Origin: Gammaproteobacteria bacterium
GTDB lineage: Bacteria; Pseudomonadota; Gammaproteobacteria; GCA-001735895
NCBI GenBank assembly: GCA_050298595.1
Contig: JBNKUM010000085.1
Location: forward strand, 32,001-96,000
Direction: 5' to 3'
Length of the DNA stretch: 64,000 nt
A program made the position numbers and the translations under genes. The notes beneath the pieces were generated by a model that made no database searches, was not told where the DNA came from, and saw nothing but the letters and a program-made list of their open reading frames with translations. This document shows, piece after piece, positions 29,013 through 38,027 of the stretch. Position 1 is the first letter of the stretch. Every line of letters starts with the position of its first letter.

Positions 29013-29834
29013 ATGAATAAAGTCACACAACAGAAAACACGGCAAACCTTAATCAGGGCGTTAAAGGGCATTCTGCGGCCATTGGTCAGGCTGCTGATTC
29101 AGCATCAAATTACCTTCCCGGCTCTGCGTGAATTGCTTAAGGAGGTATATGTTGAAGTGGCGAATGAAATCATTCAGCGTGATGGTGACGCAGCCAATAA
29201 CAGTCGCATCTATATCCTCACCGGTGTGCACCGCAAAGACATCAAGCGTATCTTCGAACAGCAACCAGAAGATAACGCTCCACCTGCAGATCTGTCTCTC
29301 GGTGGCGCCGTGATTTCCAGCTGGACCGCAAAGGACGAATACATTGATGAACAGGGAATGCCACGAGCATTGAAAAAAAGTGGTAATGACGATGAGCCTG
29401 GTTTTGAGCAACTGGTCGCCAGTGTCAGTAAGGATGTTCGCCCTCGCGCCCTGCTCGATGAATGGCTACGTCAGGGCCTGATCAGCCTTCAACAGGATCA
29501 GCTTGTACTTAACGAAAAAGCCTTCATCCCTTCAGAAGATTTCGAAAAACTATGCTTTTATCTGGAAAGAAATATCCGTGATCACCTCGCCAGCGCGACT
29601 CATAACCTGTTGAAAGAAGGCGAGCCGATGCTAGAACGCAGTGTTTACTACGGCAAGCTGACAGCAGAATCAGTACAACAGTTACGCGAACAGGCCAATG
29701 CAATGGCTATGAATATGCTCAGCGAAATTAACCAGCAAGCTATGCAACGACTACAGGCAGATAGCGATAAGCCTAATACCAACTCTCGCTTCACGCTCGG
29801 CTGTTACTGGCACGAACAGGAAAAATCATCATGA
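29013..29834 (+). CDS. DUF6502 family protein
   Basis: LRPLVRLLI, SRIYILTGVHRKDI, SVSKDVRPRALLDEW, DHLASATHNL, LERSVYY. Confidence 0.8.
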   Translation: MNKVTQQKTRQTLIRALKGILRPLVRLLIQHQITFPALRELLKEVYVEVANEIIQRDGDAANNSRIYILTGVHRKDIKRIFEQQPEDNAPPADLSLGGAVISSWTAKDEYIDEQGMPRALKKSGNDDEPGFEQLVASVSKDVRPRALLDEWLRQGLISLQQDQLVLNEKAFIPSEDFEKLCFYLERNIRDHLASATHNLLKEGEPMLERSVYYGKLTAESVQQLREQANAMAMNMLSEINQQAMQRLQADSDKPNTNSRFTLGCYWHEQEKSS

Positions 29835-30706
29835 AGACCCTTTCAACATTACTAACAATTTTAGCCATTCTATTCATTGCAGCCTGTGCTAATAAGCAAA
29901 CGATGCAACTGACAGAAAATGAGGCTGAGGATTTCGGTATCGGCGGTACCGGAATTATGGCAGGAAATCAGCAGGGAACCGGAATCATCGGCATGATTAC
30001 CGGCTATGGCTCTATTTTTGTGAACGGCATAGAAATAGAAACCGAGAATAATGCCACGATCAGTATTGATGGCATGGTCGTTAAAGCGCATGATTTTGAG
30101 ATCGGTGAAGTCGTTGAAGTACTTACCCTGGACACAAACACCCACACTCAGGCGCAACACATCAATATTCGTCATGAAATCATAGGTCCTGTTTCCCACT
30201 ATGATTATGACCAGTCAACTGCAGTCATTCTGGGTCATACCATTCAACTGACTAATACAATCAACACAGCTGTTGAATTAGGAGATACGCTTGCCGTTTC
30301 TGGATTTACAAATCCCTCAGGCCTGATTCATGCTACTCATATCAGGCATACAACAGACAAGCAGATACTTCTGCGTGGTGTAATTAATCCTGAAGAGCAC
30401 ACCTTACCATTTATTAAGGTGTCAAAGTGGGTAATCCAGGGTTATCCCGCAAGCTACGCATCACAATGGAACATCGACTCTACGAATATTCGCAGCACAG
30501 GAAACAATGAACCTATTGTGTTTGAGGTAATAAAACCTAACTCTGATTCAGCAACTATTAACGTGCTTTCTCAGCAGATGTTACCGAGAGGATCAGCAAA
30601 CAAATCATTTCTTCAACAGCAGCGTATACCCAGTAGATCATTACAACCTGGTCGACAATCCGGATCAGGCGGAGGCGGAGGCGGAGGCGGACGCGGACGA
30701 AGATGA
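29831..30706 (+). CDS. DUF5666-domain lipoprotein
   Basis: Lipobox IAAC; GIGGTG, GMITGYGSIFVNG; Gly-rich tail. Confidence 0.78.
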   Translation: MKTLSTLLTILAILFIAACANKQTMQLTENEAEDFGIGGTGIMAGNQQGTGIIGMITGYGSIFVNGIEIETENNATISIDGMVVKAHDFEIGEVVEVLTLDTNTHTQAQHINIRHEIIGPVSHYDYDQSTAVILGHTIQLTNTINTAVELGDTLAVSGFTNPSGLIHATHIRHTTDKQILLRGVINPEEHTLPFIKVSKWVIQGYPASYASQWNIDSTNIRSTGNNEPIVFEVIKPNSDSATINVLSQQMLPRGSANKSFLQQQRIPSRSLQPGRQSGSGGGGGGGGRGRR

Positions 30707-30803
30707 TAGCAAGCTGAAAAACCCCAATTAAATTCCAGTATCAAAAATGAAGCGCTTAAAAACTTTTCATTTTTTGTTCGCATTAAATTTCAAAATATTT
30801 TTA

Positions 30804-30840
30804 TTGACATAAAAATTTCACAGGCGTAAAGTCGCGCCCC
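30804..30840 (+). promoter_or_regulatory. sigma70 promoter with GC-rich discriminator upstream of rtcB
   Basis: TTGACA-N17-TAAAGT-CGCGCCCC, with an AT-rich upstream tract. Confidence 0.75.
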
Positions 30841-30862
30841 TGATTTTTCAACTTCAACTTTA

Positions 30863-31031
30863 CGGAGGCAATGAATGGTTTTACCAAAAATTCAACTGAG
30901 CCTCGCGTCCTTTACCTTCCGGTAATTTCTTCCGGTCGTCTGGACCGGGCTCCGAATATATCTTAATTTTTATTAGGCCGATTATTGGCTATGGACTATT
31001 GCGTCTATATGCCACTGCTTTTATCGGCCTA
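30863..31031 (+). ncRNA. Candidate structured leader or ncRNA
   Basis: Multibranch fold at 30863-30954 and long hairpin at 30974-31031, found by eye. Confidence 0.4.
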
Positions 31032-31149
31032 TGGAGCAGGAAATGAAACGGGACTACTTATACTCAACCATTAATCGTTCAAAACAACAAAAACACGTAC
31101 CAGCCTTAGATTATAAGTTCGTGCTGGCACAAAACTAAGGAGAATAGCT

Positions 31150-32346
31150 ATGCCTATTCAAAAAATAATCAGTAAAGGAAAAGTACCAGTCAAGATTTAT
31201 ACCGACGAGGTCGAATCTGGTGCCATGCAGCAACTGTATAACATGGCTCAGCTACCTTTTATCCATAGCCATATTGCTGCAATGCCGGATGTTCATATGG
31301 GTAAAGGTGCTACGGTAGGATCAGTCATACCGACCAAAGGCGCCATTATTCCTGCGGCTGTGGGTGTGGATATCGGCTGCGGCATGAATGCAATACGCCT
31401 GACAATAAAAGCTAACGATCTGCCGGATAACTTGCGTGCTGTTCGCCTGGCGATTGAAGAAGCAATCCCAGTGGGTTTTAACATGCACACAACTGATCGT
31501 GCTCGGCGTTCAACTATACAGGCATTATCTGGAGGACTGGATCAAATTATCGGTAAGCACAAAAAGATTTACTCGATGCAGAAAAAGCCCTATCAGACCT
31601 GGATACGCCAGATTGGCACACTGGGTGGTGGCAATCATTTCATCGAGTTATGTCTTGATGAGAATAACGATGTCTGGGTGATGCTGCACTCAGGTAGTCG
31701 CGGCGTGGGTAATGTGATTGGACAGTATTTTATCAGCCTGGCGAAAAAGGATATGGGCCAGCACCTGATCAATCTACCAGATAAGGATCTGGCTTACTTT
31801 AACGAAGGCTGCAAATATTTTGATGATTATATTCAGGCCGTGCAATGGGCTCAGGATTACGCAATGGCTAATCGTCGAGAAATGATGCATCTGATTTTAA
31901 AAGCATTGAGAAAGAAGCTGCCGAAATTCGGCATTACCAAAGAAGCGATTAACTGCCATCACAATTATGTGTCTCGGGAATTTCACTTTGGTGAAAATGT
32001 TTATGTCACTCGCAAGGGTGCCATCAGCGCAGGTCTGGATGAGCTCGGTATTATCCCTGGCAGCATGGGTGCCAAATCCTACATTGTGCGCGGCAAAGGT
32101 AATCCGCAATCATTCTGTTCCTGTGCGCATGGAGCAGGTAGAAAAATGAGCCGCAGTGCGGCCAAACGTCAGTTCAGCGAACAGGATGTAGAGAAACAGA
32201 CTGCAGGGATTGAGTGCCGTAAGGATAAGGGTGTGATAGATGAAATTCCATCCGCTTATAAGGATATTGATCAGGTGATGCAGAATCAATCTGATCTTAT
32301 TGAAGTAGTACATACCCTGAAACAGGTAATCTGCGTTAAGGGTTAG
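31150..32346 (+). CDS. rtcB: RtcB RNA ligase
   Basis: MPDVH, VGVDIGCG, GTLGGGNHF, HSGSRG, HHNY, PGSMG, HGAGR, YKDI. Confidence 0.96.
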   Translation: MPIQKIISKGKVPVKIYTDEVESGAMQQLYNMAQLPFIHSHIAAMPDVHMGKGATVGSVIPTKGAIIPAAVGVDIGCGMNAIRLTIKANDLPDNLRAVRLAIEEAIPVGFNMHTTDRARRSTIQALSGGLDQIIGKHKKIYSMQKKPYQTWIRQIGTLGGGNHFIELCLDENNDVWVMLHSGSRGVGNVIGQYFISLAKKDMGQHLINLPDKDLAYFNEGCKYFDDYIQAVQWAQDYAMANRREMMHLILKALRKKLPKFGITKEAINCHHNYVSREFHFGENVYVTRKGAISAGLDELGIIPGSMGAKSYIVRGKGNPQSFCSCAHGAGRKMSRSAAKRQFSEQDVEKQTAGIECRKDKGVIDEIPSAYKDIDQVMQNQSDLIEVVHTLKQVICVKG

Positions 32347-32508
32347 GGAACCTCTGATTAATTCTGGTTCGATGGTGTGGTGAGATGAAATAGTTCGGAT
32401 CAAGGCGAAAAGTGCACGTAATAGCAAGCTATTGCGAAACTTTTCAACGCTGAGCCGGATTATTTCAGCCACGACACACCGATCCACGAATTGATCAGAG
32501 GTTACTTA
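32344..32508. mobile_element. MITE-like palindromic element
   Basis: TIR AACCTCTGATTAATTC / GAATTGATCAGAGGTT (15/16), TA at both ends, central AATAGCAAGCTATT. Confidence 0.75.
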
Positions 32509-32601
32509 GTTAATTACAACTGGAGAAAAGCATGTTCAATAAACAGCCAAATGAAAAGAGATATCGATTAATGAAGCACCGATTTATCAAGAGAAAAGAT
32601 T

Positions 32602-33540
32602 ATGAAGAAAGAGATTTTAGATGAGGTAATTGCCTGCTTACCAGAAGAGCGAACCTTGTTTCACTACTTTAAAGGGCAATATGCCTATCAACTGCTGTCT
32701 TATGCCAGTAGAAAACAATCCAGTGTAAAAGCAATGAAGCAATCCGTTTATCAAAGGCTACTGAACCAGCAGGACATAAAGCTGTTATTAGCACAGTTGG
32801 GTAATGGAACACTTAATCCTGAATTATTTCAACATGTGTGGAATGATAACAGCCAGCCATTTGTACTGACTGTAGATCGCTGGGGTAACAACAACCAGTG
32901 GAATTGCCAGACTACTCGTAAAGGCTGCAATCTGGTACTGCAATTGAATTTTTCAGAAATGCATAACCGTACTTATCAGCGCCTGGTTAAACCAGAAGAT
33001 GATTATATTTTTAACTATTCAGGTCATCCCGTGATGGATCGTAATAAGAGTGAGCGCTATCGAGATACGCTAGCCTGGTCACGTATAGACCTTGATCTGG
33101 ATAGCGGTGAAGCATTGATAGAAGAAATTCAAAGCGACTGGGTTCGGCGTGTAAAGCGCTGTTTACAGGCAATAAAAAAGGGTTCTACTCCCTGGTTTCT
33201 GGACTGGTGCAAATGCAGTAGCGATGATTTTATTATGTATGCTGAAAATGTGCTGGCTCCTTTTTATACCCTATGGGCTGAAGCTATGCTGTCATCCAGT
33301 ATCCATTTTATATTCAGAGAGCTGGGTATAGATAAAATTTATTATCACACCCACGAAACCGGACAAAAGATAAAGCAGGTCTATGGAGGTGCCCCACCAC
33401 GCTCTCTGTATTCCGATTTACCCAGAAAATTCTGTTTTCAAATTACTGATGAAGAGCCTGAGTTTATGAAAAATGACCGGAGCTTCAAACGTAAAAAGCG
33501 CAGCCTTAAACAGCTTGCATGGTACAAACTGGAACTTTAG
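32602..33540 (+). CDS. Hypothetical protein in the rtcB operon
   Basis: 312-aa ORF; NLVLQLNF, TLAWSRIDLD, LIEEIQSDW, PPRSLYSDLPRKFCF. Confidence 0.8.
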   Translation: MKKEILDEVIACLPEERTLFHYFKGQYAYQLLSYASRKQSSVKAMKQSVYQRLLNQQDIKLLLAQLGNGTLNPELFQHVWNDNSQPFVLTVDRWGNNNQWNCQTTRKGCNLVLQLNFSEMHNRTYQRLVKPEDDYIFNYSGHPVMDRNKSERYRDTLAWSRIDLDLDSGEALIEEIQSDWVRRVKRCLQAIKKGSTPWFLDWCKCSSDDFIMYAENVLAPFYTLWAEAMLSSSIHFIFRELGIDKIYYHTHETGQKIKQVYGGAPPRSLYSDLPRKFCFQITDEEPEFMKNDRSFKRKKRSLKQLAWYKLEL

Positions 33541-33549
33541 GAGAAAAAT

Positions 33550-33768
33550 ATGCCAAGACGAAATCGAGCTATTAGAAACCCTGTTGCTCGCTCCCCACTA
33601 CTCAGAAAAGGTGGAGTTCATAGCCAGACAACAACTGGACAACGGGTTCGCAACCGACTTCAAACTCAATCAGCTATCAATGAATGGCTGGAGGAGATTG
33701 AAGACGAAGCAATAACTCAAACTAAGGTTAAGGGGAGCAATAGCTCCCCTTATTGCTTTCAGCTGTAA
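33550..33768 (+). CDS. Small basic protein (candidate ribosome rescue factor)
   Basis: AGGAG RBS; RNPVARSPLLRKGGVH. Confidence 0.75.
   Translation: MPRRNRAIRNPVARSPLLRKGGVHSQTTTGQRVRNRLQTQSAINEWLEEIEDEAITQTKVKGSNSSPYCFQL
33729..33759 (+). terminator. Intrinsic terminator inside the 72-aa ORF
   Basis: GGGGAGC-AATA-GCTCCCC then TTATTGCTTT; the stop codon is at 33766. Confidence 0.65.
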
Positions 33769-33789
33769 AAAGGAGGAACCTAAGCGTAA

Positions 33790-34353
33790 ATGAAGATTCT
33801 AAAGATCATGAACCTACTTAAACTCATATTAATATCAGCAATGATAACAACCACAGTATCGTCCTGCAGCTCAAATATTCCTCTGGATATTTCTCAGGAA
33901 GTACAGGGAGCCCCCAGTTTTACACAGATTCAGAAACAACCTGAGGCCTACCAGGACCAACCACTACGCTGGGGTGGCACGATCCTGAAAACTGACAATA
34001 AACAAGGCTCCAGCTGGATAACCATTGTCGCCTTTCCATTAAACAATAATGGACGACCTATGGAGTCAGATCAGAGCCCAGGACGCTTTATCGCTGTCAT
34101 CGATGAATTTCTCGAGCCCTTAGTCTTCACTCGAGATCGTGAAATTACCGTTCGCGGTAGACTGATCAAAACTGAAACTATCAAGGTTGGCGATTTTCCA
34201 TATCAATACCCTTTACTACAGGTAGACAGTTATCACCTGTGGGCTCCGAAGCCCGAAATAAACGAAATGAATTCGCCCCATTTCTGGCCATATTCCTGGC
34301 CTTATTATCCCTACTACCCCGACCCTTACTTTAATCGTCGACTCTATTACTAA
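33790..34353 (+). CDS. Slp-family outer-membrane lipoprotein
   Basis: VSSC lipobox, RWGG, GRFIA, FLEP, YQYP. Confidence 0.88.
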   Translation: MKILKIMNLLKLILISAMITTTVSSCSSNIPLDISQEVQGAPSFTQIQKQPEAYQDQPLRWGGTILKTDNKQGSSWITIVAFPLNNNGRPMESDQSPGRFIAVIDEFLEPLVFTRDREITVRGRLIKTETIKVGDFPYQYPLLQVDSYHLWAPKPEINEMNSPHFWPYSWPYYPYYPDPYFNRRLYY

Positions 34354-34853
34354 TGAACGAAATGAAAAAACCGATACGCAAAAGTATTTTTCTTCTGCCC
34401 CTGATCAGCCTGCTTGCGGGCTGTGCCAGTACACCTACATTTGATGTCACTCAGGTAGACAATACACTTATACCGCAGAATGTTGCCGCCGAACCCTCTG
34501 CCTATCTGGGTAAAACGGTTCTATGGGGCGGCATTATCCTGGACACCAGGAATTTATCCGGTTCTACACAGATAGAATTACTAGCCTATCCGCTAAGCAA
34601 GGATCAGAGGCCCCTGTCGGACAATAGACCATTAGGGCGCTTCCTGATTAATAAAGATGGGTTTCTGGACCCTGCGATTTATTCCCAGGGCCAGAAAGTC
34701 ACCGTACTCGGCAGCGTCGATAAAAACCAACAGGGAAAGGTTGGCGAAAGTAATTACAGCTATCCAGTCATTAATGCCGAGCAACTCCAGCTCTGGTCAC
34801 CACAGAGCGAAAGCCAAACTCGATTTAGTTTTGGGCTCGGGGTTGTCTTTTAA
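34353..34853 (+). CDS. Slp-family outer-membrane lipoprotein (paralog)
   Basis: LAGC lipobox, VLWGG, GRFL, FLDP, YSYP. Confidence 0.88.
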   Translation: MNEMKKPIRKSIFLLPLISLLAGCASTPTFDVTQVDNTLIPQNVAAEPSAYLGKTVLWGGIILDTRNLSGSTQIELLAYPLSKDQRPLSDNRPLGRFLINKDGFLDPAIYSQGQKVTVLGSVDKNQQGKVGESNYSYPVINAEQLQLWSPQSESQTRFSFGLGVVF

Positions 34854-35007
34854 GGCAGCTCTGAAACCAGCCTCTGGTTGAAAAATTTAACCGGCAAAAT
34901 AGTGAAGTGAAAATCCCCGCCTAACCTATGTAGTTACACCGCCATTTGCGGATTGCCATTTTTTACAATCTGTAATTTTTTTGAATAATATTTTAATGTG
35001 CCATAGT

Positions 35008-35085
35008 AAAAAAGACCCGGCAAGGTTCACTGTTTTTTTACTTACAGTTCCGGCCAGGTCCTTTAGAGAGGAACCCCTCTCTTCA
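35008..35085 (-). ncRNA. Candidate ~80-nt sRNA
   Basis: Own promoter (TTGCAG-N17-TATATA at 35119-35091), 5' hairpin, terminator stem plus T6. Confidence 0.45.
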
Positions 35086-35151
35086 CTTATTATATAGCTC
35101 AGATTTTTTTAATCTGCAAACTTAATTCACAATTATTGTAAAAGTAATAAT

Positions 35152-36576
35152 TTAGTCTGCAGTATTACTTTCATCGCTTAGCAACCAAGTCAAAATCATC
35201 TCCTTTATTTTAAGGTACTCGTCATCATCAGGGGTAACATTTTGCCATTGAGGATTCTGCCGCAGGGTCTTTAAAACATCACTCCATTTTTTTGGAAGCG
35301 TACGACCAGTTTCATTGAAAAGCTTTAGCCTGCTTTGCGCCGCATGTCCTCGATGTGTCAGGGTTGTTAATAACCTGCGCTGTCTGAGATAAAGCAGACT
35401 GACTGTTTCATCATCAACACATAGCCATTGGTGACCACGCCAGGCTGCCATCAATTCCTTTTGATATCGTTGAACTGACGCCCATCCTCCACCTATTGCT
35501 GCACCTAGCAGGCTCGCTGCCCCCAGGCTTAAGCCTCCTACCATTAAATCAATGCCTGCACCGACAGCAGCACCGGATAGTGCAGAGGCTCCTACATCCA
35601 GTCCAAATTCTTTTAACATATGCGGTGAAAATATATCCAGCTCCCAACGACCATTGCTCACTGGCAACTGCTGCAGATCGAGGTCCAGTTGAGTAAAAGC
35701 AAAGATTGCCAATAGATCCTTCAAAGCCCTTTGTTCGGCATTACGCACGAAATCCTGCATTGAATTCACGTCGCTATCAGAAATACTTTTACTGGTTTTC
35801 GTTTTATCAGATTTACTACCAGTGACCTCAAGCCGATAACAGGCTACTTCGCAGAGAAGTTGAAAGATACGACGTGCGGCAGCCTGCTTCAGGTTTTGCC
35901 ATACCTGTTGGCGGTAGTCGATTAAATGCTGCAGGGAATCGTAGTAACGCTCCAGCAGGCTTTGCAGTTTTTGGTACAGCCGTTTTTCAGCCTCAAAATC
36001 AAAAGCAACCGTATCAAACTCAAGTGCCGCATGCAGATTAAACAAAGCCATCTGTTCACGCCAGCGCTTCAGCGCTTCATCATTTCCTTCGATAAAATTA
36101 AACACCGGAAGAATCGGTTTACCTGCCTTACTGAGGACTTCTACTTCATCGCGATACTTACCCAGCAACGGTTCGCGTACATCAATAATATATAGCAACA
36201 CATCACTACTTAGTGACTGTCGCAGCACCTTGATCTCCTGATCAAAATCAGCATAACGGTCTTGCCGAGAGATGAAAGCCTTCAGGAGTTCAGCGGGTGA
36301 AGCAGTTTCTATTGATGCTGATAACGCTTCCACTTCCTCCAGTAGTGCGCTGGAATCTTCAAAGCCCGGTGTATCGAACAGGCTTAATACAATCTCATCA
36401 TCTGCATAAATAGACGACTGTTCTACAGAGCGCGTGGTACCCGCAGCATCATCGACATTGCCGAAATGATCGTCGCGTAACAAGGTTCGGATCAATGATG
36501 TTTTACCGGCATTGGTATGACCGACAATGCCAACTTTGATTGCTACTGAAGGATTAGCCTGCATGGAATTGGTCAT
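35152..36576 (-). CDS. GTPase / DUF3482 domain protein
   Basis: GHTNAGKTS, DTPG, YIIDVRE. Confidence 0.85.
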   Translation of the reverse strand: MTNSMQANPSVAIKVGIVGHTNAGKTSLIRTLLRDDHFGNVDDAAGTTRSVEQSSIYADDEIVLSLFDTPGFEDSSALLEEVEALSASIETASPAELLKAFISRQDRYADFDQEIKVLRQSLSSDVLLYIIDVREPLLGKYRDEVEVLSKAGKPILPVFNFIEGNDEALKRWREQMALFNLHAALEFDTVAFDFEAEKRLYQKLQSLLERYYDSLQHLIDYRQQVWQNLKQAAARRIFQLLCEVACYRLEVTGSKSDKTKTSKSISDSDVNSMQDFVRNAEQRALKDLLAIFAFTQLDLDLQQLPVSNGRWELDIFSPHMLKEFGLDVGASALSGAAVGAGIDLMVGGLSLGAASLLGAAIGGGWASVQRYQKELMAAWRGHQWLCVDDETVSLLYLRQRRLLTTLTHRGHAAQSRLKLFNETGRTLPKKWSDVLKTLRQNPQWQNVTPDDDEYLKIKEMILTWLLSDESNTAD

Positions 36577-37988
36577 TTTGAATCTACGGTCATGCTGATG
36601 ACATGATCAGCCGGAATATCGCAGGCTTCTGCCAGGCGATACCAGGCGGCTAGCCGTTTAGTAGAAGCTTTTTCTTCATTGGGTAACTGTAGAAGCACCA
36701 GCCAGCGCTGCAAGCAATTATTCATCAGGCTAGCAATGGTTCGTTGTACACCACGATCTGGTGAACGCTCAGCATCTGCAGCCACCGCAAGATCTGTAGT
36801 CCCAGCAACCTGTAAAAGCCGCAAGGTTGTTGCCAGTGACTCACGATCAATGACCTGCCCAACACTATCTTCTAACTTGATAGATGATATTGGCCAAATG
36901 AAATTATCGCCGAGCTCCACTGCGACCCATTTTGTATTTGCTGGAAGTGAATGGGATACTGGTGCATGAGGGTTTGTCTGTATAGACTCAGGAGGCGAAG
37001 TATCTGCATCAACGATTTGACCGTGAGTTGCCATCGGCATCAATCTCTGACGCAGGCTAATGTAATAAGGCAGGTATAAATCAAGTGCAAACAGGCGACG
37101 CGCTCGCATACTCATCAACGAACTCCAGAGTAGTAACACAAAACGCGGTACGATTCCGAAGCACAGCAAAGATCCCAGTAAAAACTGCGCCCAACTGGAA
37201 CGGTGTTCAGCACTCAACACATGCTCTACGCCTAATCGAGACTCCCTTACCTGATCCACGGTTGGCATCACAAAACCAATAAATTCCAGTGGCCGACTCA
37301 ACATATCCGTTAGTTTGATGAAAATAGAGTCAGATAACAAAGTCGTACCCCAGACAAAATCATACTGCCTGACCATTAATAGCAATACCAGAAACGTCAG
37401 CCCGGACAACAGGTAAACCAGCCACAACTGATGCGTTATCTTGCTAAACTGCCACTTACCAACCGCAGCGGTAAACAAACACTTCAACCAGGCCTTGTCA
37501 GCCAACTTACCAGGCGTCGCAGTGTCTTGTTTACCCGTATTAGTTTTGTTGTCGAACATACCAGGTAACCAGCCAGTTAAACGAGCTAACAGGCCGGAGG
37601 CCAGGCCCTCCATATTCAGGCTAATGCCAATCAACCAGAGCAACATTGAGATAAAATTAAAACCCAGCAACACCAATAACAACCAGTAGATGTTGATGGT
37701 ATTACTATTAGTGATTGCGTATACGGAACCCAGAGCACCCAATAATGCAACCAGAATTAGAGTAAAGATTTTTATATATCGAGATATTTTAGCGGCATGT
37801 GAAAGCGCATCTGACAAATCATACTGCCTGACCAGGCATTGCGCGCGCCGCCAGAGACGTTCGTGGAAATCCTGATGTGCCGATATGTCGGCAAGTTCCT
37901 CCTCATGATCAGAGACAAGCGGGTGCGAGGTTTCAATATATCGTATCTGTTCGATCAGCAAAGACTTGTCGAAATTAGAAATTGTCAC
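36573..37988 (-). CDS. DUF2868 domain membrane protein
   Basis: QYDFVWGTTLL, FGIVPR, PDRG; overlaps the DUF3482 gene. Confidence 0.8.
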   Translation of the reverse strand: MTISNFDKSLLIEQIRYIETSHPLVSDHEEELADISAHQDFHERLWRRAQCLVRQYDLSDALSHAAKISRYIKIFTLILVALLGALGSVYAITNSNTINIYWLLLVLLGFNFISMLLWLIGISLNMEGLASGLLARLTGWLPGMFDNKTNTGKQDTATPGKLADKAWLKCLFTAAVGKWQFSKITHQLWLVYLLSGLTFLVLLLMVRQYDFVWGTTLLSDSIFIKLTDMLSRPLEFIGFVMPTVDQVRESRLGVEHVLSAEHRSSWAQFLLGSLLCFGIVPRFVLLLWSSLMSMRARRLFALDLYLPYYISLRQRLMPMATHGQIVDADTSPPESIQTNPHAPVSHSLPANTKWVAVELGDNFIWPISSIKLEDSVGQVIDRESLATTLRLLQVAGTTDLAVAADAERSPDRGVQRTIASLMNNCLQRWLVLLQLPNEEKASTKRLAAWYRLAEACDIPADHVISMTVDSK

Positions 37989-38027
37989 AATAGAATAAAG
38001 AACCCGAAAATATTGAATCCGGTTATT

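Noticed and set aside
31125-31140. sigma54 promoter for rtcB (TGGCAC)
   Set aside because: No GC at -12 (reads AG) and too close to the ATG
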